A stretch of DNA of 62,288 bases from Thermoplasmatota archaeon (GCA_016927555.1 JAFGML010000025.1:1-62288), one strand, 5' to 3'. Shown: positions 1 through 8,983, counted from the first letter of the stretch. The notes: generated from the sequence alone by a model not told the origin. A program made the numbers and translations.

Positions 1-1
1 A

Positions 2-109
2 GGAAAAGCCTTTCATTTCAAGAAAGGAGACTACGTTATATTTCCTGAAGGTATGAAATGCAACTGGAAGATCAAGAAGGCTGTGAGAAAACACTATACT
101 ATGGGATAA
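2..109 (+). CDS. Cupin (DUF861/EutQ-like) protein, 3' fragment truncated by the window start
   Basis: Manual translation GKAFHFKKGDYVIFPEGMKCNWKIKKAVRKHYTMG* fits the cupin_3 C-terminal pattern KGD-x-V-x-FP-x-G-x2-C-x-W...VRKHY. Confidence 0.7.
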   Translation, partial: GKAFHFKKGDYVIFPEGMKCNWKIKKAVRKHYTMG

Positions 110-233
110 ACTCCTTGTCTTTTCTTCTTTTTTTGTTGTGTTAAAAACCAAGTTCATGCTTCTTTTTCCTTAAGGATATGTTTTTATAATGGTACTGTCT
201 TATTAACTCGTGGTATAGAGGGAGGAAACACAG

Positions 234-881
234 ATGCTGAAGAATTGTTTGTTAAGGAAAGGGTTGGCGGTTGGGATCATTCTCTTGTTCGTTGGTGTCG
301 CAGCTGTGCCTGGCATCAACGTCATTGTGGTGAAAGCATCTCATGAGAACCAACTGGGGGATGCCATCACTCAGCGGGAGCTGGTCTTCCAAACCATCGT
401 TGATTTTGTAAACAACGAGGAGATACAGCGTGTTGTACAGGACGCTCAGATCCGGAGAGGGATGCTCCCAAGTACAGATGGTCAACTCTCCGTAACAACG
501 AGTCAGCTGAAACAACTGTATGTCATTGGGTTGCTGCTGTCAAAGAGGATCAGTGCATTAAGGATGCAGTCGATTGTTAGGACGTATCACTTCAGCACTC
601 TAGTGGCGCAGAAGGACCTCTCCGCTGTCATTGAAAAGACTCCGGCTCTGAAAGCTGAGCTCTCTCAGTTGCAGGACTCTGAGTGCGATTGTGGGAACAC
701 GAAGAGATTCTTATGGCCTTTTCCAGTCCTCTGTTCCATCTTATTTCTCTGTATTATAGGTCTCAATGTTCTTCTCTCCATTGTGTACAATCTAACTGGT
801 GTGTACTGTGTTGATATCTACAATAAATTAGTTGGTATTGTTGGGGTGTTTGCGACACTGCTCCTGTGTCGCTGGATCTAA
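234..881 (+). CDS. Secreted/membrane-anchored hypothetical protein with a Cys-containing hydrophobic C-terminus
   Basis: RBS ggagga upstream; leader RKGLAVGIILLFVG; C-terminal CDC...WPFPVLC followed by hydrophobic helices. Confidence 0.8.
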   Translation: MLKNCLLRKGLAVGIILLFVGVAAVPGINVIVVKASHENQLGDAITQRELVFQTIVDFVNNEEIQRVVQDAQIRRGMLPSTDGQLSVTTSQLKQLYVIGLLLSKRISALRMQSIVRTYHFSTLVAQKDLSAVIEKTPALKAELSQLQDSECDCGNTKRFLWPFPVLCSILFLCIIGLNVLLSIVYNLTGVYCVDIYNKLVGIVGVFATLLLCRWI

Positions 882-903
882 CCGTGTGTATGAGGGATAC
901 TTG

Positions 904-1950
904 ATGAAGAAGAGCTGGTTGGCGGTTGGCATTATTCTCTTGTTCGTTGGAACCTGTATCATTCCATCTGTACCAGCAGAACAGGCCTCTGATAAAAGTA
1001 TCATCACGGTTGATGATGAACCTGGAGATGCAGACTACACCTCCATCAGAGAAGCGGTGAACGCTTCGAACCCAGGGGATACCATTGAGGTGTACAGTGG
1101 AACGTACCCTGAAGAAGGGATTCTGCTTTCAAAAGACAACATCAGTCTTCTCGGCATCGCCCATGAACTCGGAGGAGGTAATGATACCGGAAAACCATTC
1201 ATTCAGGGCAAAGGTTTTGAATCAGTGATGCTCATCGAAGCAAGCCACATCCTTGTCTCGAATTGTACCATAGAAAACCCAGAGACCGACTGTTCGACGT
1301 TTACATGTGGCATTTTCATAGAACGACACCCCGGGTATGAGCAACACCACATCACCATAGCAGACTGTACCATCACGACGTCAGCGCACACAGGAATCTA
1401 CGTGAGTTACACCAGAGATAATGTTCGCATTTGTGGGAATCACATCCGTCAGTGTTTCCTTGATGGCATCACCGTTCTGTCGTACAGTCCTCTCAGTAGT
1501 TTTACCATCACAGGCAATGTGGTAGCAGACTGTCGTGACAGTGGCATCAGCTTCACAGGTGCTGACCATCAGAACGTGTCAGGAAATAGAATTAGAAACT
1601 GTAGTATTGGAATAGAATTTGGCGCGACGAACACCACGGTGTATGGGAATGATATTGATTCGTGTGCCCGTGGGATTCGCTGTGGGGGCGGTGGCAATAC
1701 CTTTGCACAGAATAACTTTCGTAACTATAGCCTCATCGGCTTTGTGTTTTTTAGAAGTGTAATTCAGCCTGGGAAAAACACATGGATCGGTAACTACTGG
1801 GACACCTGGAAGGGTCGTGGTCCAAAGGTCATACTCGGCTTCATCGTCGTTGAGATTTCAATCCCTGAGTGGCTCTACCTCATGTTCTTCGTTCCCTGGG
1901 TTGAATGTGATTGGCATCCCGCAGCAGAACCCTACGACATACCAGCGTGA
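904..1950 (+). CDS. Secreted right-handed beta-helix (NosD/pectin-lyase fold) protein
   Basis: Start moved to MKKSWLAVGIILLF (ATG 904). YTSIREAVNASNPGDTIEVYSGTYPE N-cap, PbH1-like ITGN/VSGN/VYGN repeats, NYWD C-terminal motif. Confidence 0.85.
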   Translation: MKKSWLAVGIILLFVGTCIIPSVPAEQASDKSIITVDDEPGDADYTSIREAVNASNPGDTIEVYSGTYPEEGILLSKDNISLLGIAHELGGGNDTGKPFIQGKGFESVMLIEASHILVSNCTIENPETDCSTFTCGIFIERHPGYEQHHITIADCTITTSAHTGIYVSYTRDNVRICGNHIRQCFLDGITVLSYSPLSSFTITGNVVADCRDSGISFTGADHQNVSGNRIRNCSIGIEFGATNTTVYGNDIDSCARGIRCGGGGNTFAQNNFRNYSLIGFVFFRSVIQPGKNTWIGNYWDTWKGRGPKVILGFIVVEISIPEWLYLMFFVPWVECDWHPAAEPYDIPA

Positions 1951-1954
1951 GATC

Positions 1955-3295
1955 ATGAACATGAAGACCATCCTCTCTGTTGGAATCATTTTCTTGTTCG
2001 TTGGAACCTCTATCATTCCAGTGATTGCACAAGGCACTAAGAACTCTCAATCCTTGCGAGGGAATTGGTGGTATGTCGGTGGGACAGGACCTGGAAATTA
2101 TTCAAGGATTCAGGATGCGATTAATAATTCAAGTACTGGAGATACCGTCTTTGTGTACGATGGTGTATATTATGAAAATGTAGTCATCAATATAACTATC
2201 AATTTAATTGGTGGAAATAGAAACACGACGATTATTGATGGAAAGAAGAATAGTCATGTCATCGTTCTTGGTGCGGATAATATAAAGATAAGTGAGTTTA
2301 CAATACGAAATTGCTCTACTTTCCCTCATGAGTATACCCCTGAACTATTGATTTTCTCCAGCAATAATATAATTTCACACAATGTAATCTTGACCGATGA
2401 AGAGGCGCTGAATTATGGAATTACTATTGCAGGAAACCACAATAATATTATTGGAAATATTTTTATCAATAACTGGATTGGCGTTAAATTTGATGAAGGC
2501 GCCTCATACAATTACATCGCAGAAAATATTTTCAAATCACATCATGGGGTAGTCGGTGAAGCAAGTTGCCGGTTCAACAACATATTTCATAACAACATCT
2601 CAGGGTGGATTAATATTGTAGCAAATGCAAGTGATTGGGAGATTTCTTATAATCGCCTTTCAGGTGCCGGCATTTTCATCCATTATTGTACAAATATGAC
2701 TATCACCGGAAATGAAATCATCAACAGTAATCAAGCAATGAGTTTGTTTGATGATCATTATTTCTCTATCTCTAACAATTCTATTCACGGCCATCTTGAT
2801 ATTAGTTCCTGCTCTTATTTAACAATCATCAACAACACCATCGATACAGCCTCTGTTGGTATCTATTATAATGAGGTGAAGTATGGGAATATTTCCTTTA
2901 ACAAGATTGACGGGTGTGATTATGGATTGCAAATTACTTCTCCTGGAAAATCGAATTTCATCTTCAACAATGAGTTCAGAAATAACGAAGAAGGCTTATA
3001 CACACTCGTAGAGTTTGGGGCCGTAAAAATAACGTGTAACAATTTCATTAATAATTCAAGAGATATTAGCTTTGGACAACTCTTTCCTATCAGACGTCAG
3101 ACACCAAGACACCCTATTTTCGATAAAAACTACTATGATGATTGGAGCGGGGTTGGACCCAAGGTTTTATTGGGTCGTTCACTCATCTTTGCCATCTTCT
3201 TCTGGTATTTTTTTATCCCGATCTGCATCCCTGGGGTGTACTGCGACTGGCATCCTGCACAAGAACCCTATGACCTGCTTGAGGTGAGCTGTTGA
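1955..3295 (+). CDS. Secreted NosD-like beta-helix protein
   Basis: Start moved to MNMKTILSVGIIFLF (ATG 1955). YVGGTGPGNYSRIQDAINNSSTGDTVFVYDGVYYE N-cap and Asn/Ile-rich beta-helix repeats. Confidence 0.85.
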   Translation: MNMKTILSVGIIFLFVGTSIIPVIAQGTKNSQSLRGNWWYVGGTGPGNYSRIQDAINNSSTGDTVFVYDGVYYENVVINITINLIGGNRNTTIIDGKKNSHVIVLGADNIKISEFTIRNCSTFPHEYTPELLIFSSNNIISHNVILTDEEALNYGITIAGNHNNIIGNIFINNWIGVKFDEGASYNYIAENIFKSHHGVVGEASCRFNNIFHNNISGWINIVANASDWEISYNRLSGAGIFIHYCTNMTITGNEIINSNQAMSLFDDHYFSISNNSIHGHLDISSCSYLTIINNTIDTASVGIYYNEVKYGNISFNKIDGCDYGLQITSPGKSNFIFNNEFRNNEEGLYTLVEFGAVKITCNNFINNSRDISFGQLFPIRRQTPRHPIFDKNYYDDWSGVGPKVLLGRSLIFAIFFWYFFIPICIPGVYCDWHPAQEPYDLLEVSC

Positions 3296-4263
3296 AGATA
3301 AAGAGAATCTTAGTGGTAGGAGTGATTCTCTTGTTCATCGGTGTTGCAGTCGTACCAAGTATCAACTTCAACGTCGTAAAAGCAGCCAGCGATAATGATC
3401 TCATTGAAGTTACAAGTCAAGCATGTGGTATCAAAGGATATGGAAACACCACAGTAAAACTTACTGGAGAACAGTACAAGAACCTGGAGCAGTATCTGGT
3501 TGAGTTCAGAGCCAGGTTGAATCGAACAACGACACGGGAAGAAGCTGTACCGCTCTTCAAAGAAGCAGTTGTGAATCTGAACACGTACGGGTTGTTACCA
3601 CAGGGGATGAGTGTTGAACAAGCCCAGGATCTCATTCTCTCCAGGATTCACAACGAGGTACCATCACTGTCTTTGAAACACCCTCCTGTACCTCCATCCT
3701 GTTCCCTGGGAGTCAGCCAGTCTCGGAACATCCTGTGTCTCATCACAGGAGAAGGCACCAACACCTTCTTTCAGACGCTGCTCAACACCCTGGTCATCAA
3801 AACCATCAACCTCTTCATCAACACACCACTCTACTCCATCTACGCTGTGTGTTTAGCCATTGGTATCATCAGCATGTACTACTGGAACATGCAATGGCCG
3901 TTGATCAACCTCCTATTGTACCTTGATTCCTCACTACTTCAAGTGATTCAAGACATGTTCATCTCCCTCACCACCTACACCGGTGTCTCAGCGTTCGACG
4001 TGATCAGGTACTGCCCGTACGTCATCAACGGGCAGTACCAAAGCACAGGCTGGATGCACACCATTGGACTACTGGGACATCAAGCGATGAACGGAACATT
4101 CCGCGGCAGATTTCCACACTGGCCGCTTGGTTTTTTCCAGTTCTTAGGAAACCCAGGGGTCATCGGCTTCACAGGGATACGAATCAACACAGATCCAACA
4201 TCCCATCAGTCATTTTACCTTGGCTCAGCGTTGCTAGTCGCAGTTGACGTCACCACACCCTAG
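3292..4263 (+). CDS. Secreted hypothetical protein (lineage-expanded family)
   Basis: TTG start overlaps the upstream stop by 4 nt; leader KRILVVGVILLFIG; C-terminal GFTGIRI...FYLG motif. Confidence 0.8.
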   Translation: MKIKRILVVGVILLFIGVAVVPSINFNVVKAASDNDLIEVTSQACGIKGYGNTTVKLTGEQYKNLEQYLVEFRARLNRTTTREEAVPLFKEAVVNLNTYGLLPQGMSVEQAQDLILSRIHNEVPSLSLKHPPVPPSCSLGVSQSRNILCLITGEGTNTFFQTLLNTLVIKTINLFINTPLYSIYAVCLAIGIISMYYWNMQWPLINLLLYLDSSLLQVIQDMFISLTTYTGVSAFDVIRYCPYVINGQYQSTGWMHTIGLLGHQAMNGTFRGRFPHWPLGFFQFLGNPGVIGFTGIRINTDPTSHQSFYLGSALLVAVDVTTP

Positions 4264-4279
4264 AAAAAAAGATGGTTTC

Positions 4280-4957
4280 TTATCTGAGAAGACGTGCCAT
4301 CCGCACCGCGTTCTCCATCATCTTATGGTTATTGTTGAAAAACACGTACACCCTCTCAGGGTTCCCCGCAAGGATCCGTTCTCTTATCTCCTGTAACTCT
4401 GTGTCTGAATAGTCATGTGAGTACCACGCGGTCCGCCCATGAACCCGCTCGTAAACCACAGACTCACTCATAACCGTGGTAGGCAGCTTCGGGGCATCGA
4501 TGCTGACGAGCAACACCCCCTGCTTCTTCCCCCAGGCAATGACCTCCTCTGTAAACAGGGTGGGATGACGCAGTTCCACTGCGATCTTCTCTGTCCCCGT
4601 CTGGCTAATGAACCGCTCTAATACGTCAATATCGGTAAACGACGGCGGCAGCTGAAACAGATAATAATGAATCCTCTCCTCCAGGGGTGCAAAGAGTTTT
4701 TTGAAACGCGAAAAACGCTCAACCGCAGCACCACTGAGCTTCTGAAAATGCGTCACCGACCGATGCACTTTGACCACCCAGGCAAGGTTGTTTCCCTTGG
4801 TCGCCCAGGATTTCACCATGTTCGGGTACGGGAACCGGTAGAAACTCATGTTCAACTCTATAGCGTTCAACTGCGATTCCTTGATGTACCACTCTAAAGA
4901 ATTACCGAGGTTCCAGTCGTACGACCATCCTGACGTCCCCACAAACACCTCAATCAT
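4280..4957 (-). CDS. DUF72 (YecE-like) TIM-barrel protein
   Basis: VGTSGWSY, IELNMSFYRFP, KVHRSVTH, LFQLPPSF, AVELRH, YERVHG, YVFFNN motifs. Confidence 0.92.
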   Translation of the reverse strand: MIEVFVGTSGWSYDWNLGNSLEWYIKESQLNAIELNMSFYRFPYPNMVKSWATKGNNLAWVVKVHRSVTHFQKLSGAAVERFSRFKKLFAPLEERIHYYLFQLPPSFTDIDVLERFISQTGTEKIAVELRHPTLFTEEVIAWGKKQGVLLVSIDAPKLPTTVMSESVVYERVHGRTAWYSHDYSDTELQEIRERILAGNPERVYVFFNNNHKMMENAVRMARLLR

Positions 4958-5063
4958 CAGATGAGAGAACAACGATTCTCTTCTTATGATTTATTGTGCT
5001 TGAGACAATACTTTCAGCTCCCTCCTCTTGAGGTATAAAAACCAGTATAAGTATCGAGCTGGT

Positions 5064-5156
5064 ATGACGACATTTGGAAAGCGTGTGAAGAACGCATGGA
5101 AACACATCTACCCTCTCCAAGAGTCAGCCAAAGAGAAAAAGAACAAAAAGAAGTAA
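5064..5156 (+). CDS. Putative leaderless 30-aa basic microprotein (not in ORF track)
   Basis: MTTFGKRVKNAWKHIYPLQESAKEKKNKKK*; TATA-like gtataaaa at about 5034-5041, roughly 25 nt upstream of the ATG. Confidence 0.4.
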   Translation: MTTFGKRVKNAWKHIYPLQESAKEKKNKKK

Positions 5157-5182
5157 GATGTACCCCTCCTTAGGAGACTACC

Positions 5183-5923
5183 ATGTGTTATCGCTATTCC
5201 GTGCCAGGACCTGATCCACTCGTGAAACGCTTCACAGCAACCTTCCCAGAGCACTCCACGTTCACCCGCCAGTACCACGCCTCAGGCTTTGACCTCCCCA
5301 GCCTGCCTGTCATCACCAACACAGATCCAGACCACATCCAGCTATTCACTTGGGGGTTGATCCCCTTCTGGGTCAAAGACAAAACAACCGCTGAGCAGAT
5401 CCGCCTCAAAACCATGAACGCCCGCGCAGAAAGTATCTATGAGAAACCATCGTTCCGCCATGCTGCTGAGACACAACATTGCCTGGTACTCGCGGATGGG
5501 TTCTTTGAATGGCAGGACGTCAACGGCAGGAACTATCCGTACTACATTCGGTTGAAGAGCCATGAACCGTTCGCCATGGCTGGCCTGTGGGACACCTGGA
5601 GGACTACTAAAACAGCTGAAGAACTCCATACCTACACAATCATCACGACGAACGCAAACCCACTAATGGCAAAGATTCACAACAAGAAAAAACGCATGCC
5701 CGTGATTCTTCGCAAGCAGGATGAACACGAATGGATTGATTCCTCGCTTACAAAACAACAAGCTGACGCTCTGCTCGTCCCGTATGGTGACCAGCAGATG
5801 GAGGCGTTTACCATCTCACGGTTAATCACCTCAAAACACCGCAACCCCAATGTCTCTGCAGTGCTCGAGCCGTTCTCCTACCCTGAGCTAGAAACCACAC
5901 CAGGACAACAACGTCTCCTGTGA
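5183..5923 (+). CDS. SOS response-associated peptidase (SRAP/YedK/HMCES family, abasic-site crosslinking protein)
   Basis: N-terminal Cys2 (MCYR), WGLIPFW, NARAES, ADGFFEW (catalytic Glu), IH...RMPVIL (His). Confidence 0.92.
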   Translation: MCYRYSVPGPDPLVKRFTATFPEHSTFTRQYHASGFDLPSLPVITNTDPDHIQLFTWGLIPFWVKDKTTAEQIRLKTMNARAESIYEKPSFRHAAETQHCLVLADGFFEWQDVNGRNYPYYIRLKSHEPFAMAGLWDTWRTTKTAEELHTYTIITTNANPLMAKIHNKKKRMPVILRKQDEHEWIDSSLTKQQADALLVPYGDQQMEAFTISRLITSKHRNPNVSAVLEPFSYPELETTPGQQRLL

Positions 5924-6062
5924 ATACGACTTGAGACGTCCTGTGTTTTTTTGCACGCCTTCCTGTGTCTGAAAATTATATAAGCATCCTACTTATTGGG
6001 GAATCGTCATACCAATAAAATATACCATGTGTCAACCAAGATGAGAACACGAGGTAGAAACC

Positions 6063-6398
6063 ATGGGCTTCATTGAGCGATTAGAAAAAAACATTGCCAG
6101 GCTTGAGAAAAAAATCGAACGGGAGCAGATGAGGATCAACCAACTCCATGAGAAATGTGAGAGTAAAAAGATCACGAAAGCAGAGTTCAACCTGAAACGT
6201 CGGCATCACGATGAGCACATTCATGCGATGAGCGCACGGATCCGGGTGCTGCAAGGTGGTATTGTCCGGGAGAAGCAGCATCAAGAGGAAAAAGCCGAGG
6301 AAAAAGAGAAGAAGAAAGAAGAAAAGGAAAAGAAAAAAGAGCGACAAGAAGAAAAACAAGTACCCGAAGAGGAAGACGAAGCAGACAAAGGACACTAA
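6063..6398 (+). CDS. Small charged coiled-coil hypothetical protein
   Basis: RBS gaggt; heptad-like LEKNIARLEKKIERE; Lys/Glu-rich tail; TATA-like attatataa near 5975. Confidence 0.7.
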   Translation: MGFIERLEKNIARLEKKIEREQMRINQLHEKCESKKITKAEFNLKRRHHDEHIHAMSARIRVLQGGIVREKQHQEEKAEEKEKKKEEKEKKKERQEEKQVPEEEDEADKGH

Positions 6399-6505
6399 TA
6401 AAACTGCTGTAATCTTTCGTATCGTTCCATCTTCTTATCCTGTGTTTTCGTCACTACAACATTTATATAGAGTGGGGGCTATACTTTTGAGTGGAGGAAT
6501 AGTGT

Positions 6506-8470
6506 ATGGGTTCTGTCCGAGGGTTACGGAGTGTTCTCCTTGTAGGTTTAGTTGTTGTATGTGTTCATGGCAGCATGGGACTGGGTGCTCCATGGATCCC
6601 TGATTCCAACCAACACGACAGTGAGGTACAGGTTCTCTGGTGGTACCAGCTTGCTGCACCGTCCTTTGGCTCAGCTGCAGTGGGTGATATCGACGAAGAT
6701 GGTTCCCTTGAAATCGTGTTTGGGACGTACTTCAACGATGAACACGTGTATGCGTTGAATGCAGAGAACGGCTCGCTGCTGTGGAGCTACGATACCGGCG
6801 GGTGTAACGATGCATCCCCGGTGATCGCGGATGTTGACCTGGATGGTCATCTCGACGTGGTCATCCCTGCGTCGTCTCCATCCATGGTGTACTGTTTCAA
6901 CGGGTCGACAGGGCAGGTAAAATGGGCACGGTCCACTGGTGCATCAAACTGCATTGACTCTCCTCCAGCTGTCGCTGATGTTGATAATGACGGAAAACCA
7001 GAGGTCATCCTCGGAACATTCTATGGTAACGTGTTCTGCCTCAACGGTGAAGACGGCAGCATCACCTGGCAGAAGAATCTAGGGTCCACGAGCTACATTC
7101 AGTCCTGTCCAGCTGTTGTTGATGTGGACAACGACGGGCAGCTCGATGTCGTCGTCGCCCAGTGGGCCGGGGACTGCCGGGTCTACGCTCTACGGGGAAA
7201 CAATGGGTCTGTGCTGTGGTACTCTGACCTCCCGCAGGACTACATGTACCACGGCGCGTCGTTTGCTGACCTTGATGAGGACGGCCTCCCTGAGCTTGTC
7301 ATCGGGTGCTACGACAGCCATGTGTACGCCTTCAATGGTGAGGACGGCAGCCTCGCCTGGGAATACATTGCGTCGTACTACATCGGGGCGCCTACCTCAC
7401 TTGGGGATCTGAACAACGACGGGTACATCGAAGTCGTCTGCGTCTCGTACAACAAACTCATTGCACTCTCGCATACGGGTTCCTTGCTCTGGAGTTATTC
7501 GACTGGTGGGAACATGTTCCGAGGCGCAGCGCTTGCTGATGTAGACGGAGGTGACATCCTCGACGTGGTGTTCGGCTCAGACGATGGAATCCTGCGGGCA
7601 GTACGCGGCACCGACGGACAAGTCGTCTGGACCTATGATCTACAAGCACACTACGGACAAACCTTTGAAATGGATCATGCACCGGTGATCGCGGATTTCA
7701 ACAACGACGGGACACTTGACGTGTTCATTGTCGGCGGGTATGGTACCTCTAATCCACCGACCAACAACCATGGGCGTGCGTACGCCCTCACCGCAGGTGA
7801 CGGCACCGGTGCAGGCTGGCCGATGTTCCGCCATGATGCTGCTCACAGCGCGTGTTTTGAGGCATCGATGAATCAACCACCACTGGCGCCAAACATCACT
7901 GGTCCAGGGTACGGCCGGCCGAACGTCAGCTACACCTTTTGCATCACAGTGACAGACCCCAATGGAGACGATCTGTACTGTAACTGGGACTGGGGTGATG
8001 GCACCAGCTCAGGATGGCTCGGGCCGTATCCTTCTGGGCAGATGATGTGTGCCTCCCACGCCTGGGCTCAAGAAGGCACGTATGAGATCGTGGTTCATGT
8101 CAAGGATCAGTACGGAACGCAAGTCACCTCAGAGCCGTTTCCGTTCATCGTCGATGGGACACCACCAGCACTGACGCTCGTCACACCGCAGAAACAAGCA
8201 CTGTACGTGAACGATGAGTACCGCAGAGACTTTTTCGTCACCTTGGTGCTCGGTGCTATCACCCTCGAAGCTGAGGCAGACGACACCGGCTGTGGTGTGG
8301 AGAACGTCTCTTTGTACATCGACCGGGACTGGAAGGCGACATTCACAGAAGAGCCGTACTGCTGGCTGTGGTCCACCACAGCCTTCTTTAGACACACCAT
8401 TTCTGTTGTTGCCTTCGATCGCGTTGGAAACAACGCCAGCATGCAACGCGTGGTCTGGAAGTTTTTCTAA
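6506..8470 (+). CDS. Secreted FG-GAP/PQQ-type beta-propeller protein with PKD and C-terminal Ig-like domains
   Basis: Signal peptide; repeated DxDxDGxxD/E loops and AxNGxxGxxxW blades; PKD motif NWDWGDG...HAW; terminal YID...PY.W.W...HTI.V.AFD.VGN. Confidence 0.88.
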   Translation: MGSVRGLRSVLLVGLVVVCVHGSMGLGAPWIPDSNQHDSEVQVLWWYQLAAPSFGSAAVGDIDEDGSLEIVFGTYFNDEHVYALNAENGSLLWSYDTGGCNDASPVIADVDLDGHLDVVIPASSPSMVYCFNGSTGQVKWARSTGASNCIDSPPAVADVDNDGKPEVILGTFYGNVFCLNGEDGSITWQKNLGSTSYIQSCPAVVDVDNDGQLDVVVAQWAGDCRVYALRGNNGSVLWYSDLPQDYMYHGASFADLDEDGLPELVIGCYDSHVYAFNGEDGSLAWEYIASYYIGAPTSLGDLNNDGYIEVVCVSYNKLIALSHTGSLLWSYSTGGNMFRGAALADVDGGDILDVVFGSDDGILRAVRGTDGQVVWTYDLQAHYGQTFEMDHAPVIADFNNDGTLDVFIVGGYGTSNPPTNNHGRAYALTAGDGTGAGWPMFRHDAAHSACFEASMNQPPLAPNITGPGYGRPNVSYTFCITVTDPNGDDLYCNWDWGDGTSSGWLGPYPSGQMMCASHAWAQEGTYEIVVHVKDQYGTQVTSEPFPFIVDGTPPALTLVTPQKQALYVNDEYRRDFFVTLVLGAITLEAEADDTGCGVENVSLYIDRDWKATFTEEPYCWLWSTTAFFRHTISVVAFDRVGNNASMQRVVWKFF

Positions 8471-8475
8471 CACCC

Positions 8476-8485
8476 TTTTTTTTTT
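8476..8485 (+). terminator. Oligo-T (T10) archaeal terminator after the propeller gene
   Basis: T10 run 5 nt after the stop codon. Confidence 0.6.
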
Positions 8486-8516
8486 AAAACATCGGCTTTC
8501 AACAGAGCAAGTTGTC

Positions 8517-8550
8517 ACGTGTTAACACGTATTGAAATACGTTTATATAC
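8517..8550 (+). promoter_or_regulatory. Orphan TATA box preceded by nested palindromes
   Basis: ACGTGTTAACACGT perfect 14-bp palindrome (8517-8530); ACGTATT-ga-AATACGT (8527-8542); TTTATATA at 8542-8549. Confidence 0.5.
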
Positions 8551-8692
8551 CTCGAGTGGATGTCCGCTACGTTATGAGGAGAGGAGAGAGGTATCCCCTT
8601 ATTCTTCTTTTTTTCATATCTTTCCTCTCTCTCCCTCTCAAAAGCATTCTCTCCGAAAACTACAGGGACCCTGAGTCTCTAAAACGATCTCG

Positions 8693-8980
8693 TTAGTCTC
8701 GCTTGATAGCAAACCCGACAAAGTGACCATCGTACTGCTTCTCAGTGACCTGCACACTCGTCACTTGTGCCAGTGGCGGGCCTCTCTTACACCACTCAAC
8801 CATGTCCTGCACGGTCTGACTGTCACCTTCGAACACTGCTTCCACGTTGCCCTCAGCAGTGTTCTTCACCCACCCGGTCACCCCCAGCGCCTCAGCCTGC
8901 TGCTTAGTGCTCGCCCGATACCACACCCCCTGCACGTGTCCTGAGATCACCACATGGACCTGTCGTTTCATCACCACCAC
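8693..8980 (-). CDS. acyP: Acylphosphatase
   Basis: SGHVQGVWYRA and GWVKNTAEGNVEAVFEG signatures. Confidence 0.93.
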   Translation of the reverse strand: MVVMKRQVHVVISGHVQGVWYRASTKQQAEALGVTGWVKNTAEGNVEAVFEGDSQTVQDMVEWCKRGPPLAQVTSVQVTEKQYDGHFVGFAIKRD

Positions 8981-8983
8981 CAG

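Noticed and set aside
832-1954. ORF-track starts at 832 and 1817 implying long overlaps (similar cases at 10489, 12276, 37447, 42554, 58198)
   Set aside because: Downstream starts with RBS and intact signal peptides or conserved N-termini fit better.
6081-6395. Phe/Leu-rich apparent membrane protein
   Set aside because: Reverse complement of the Lys/Glu-rich tail of the 6063 gene.
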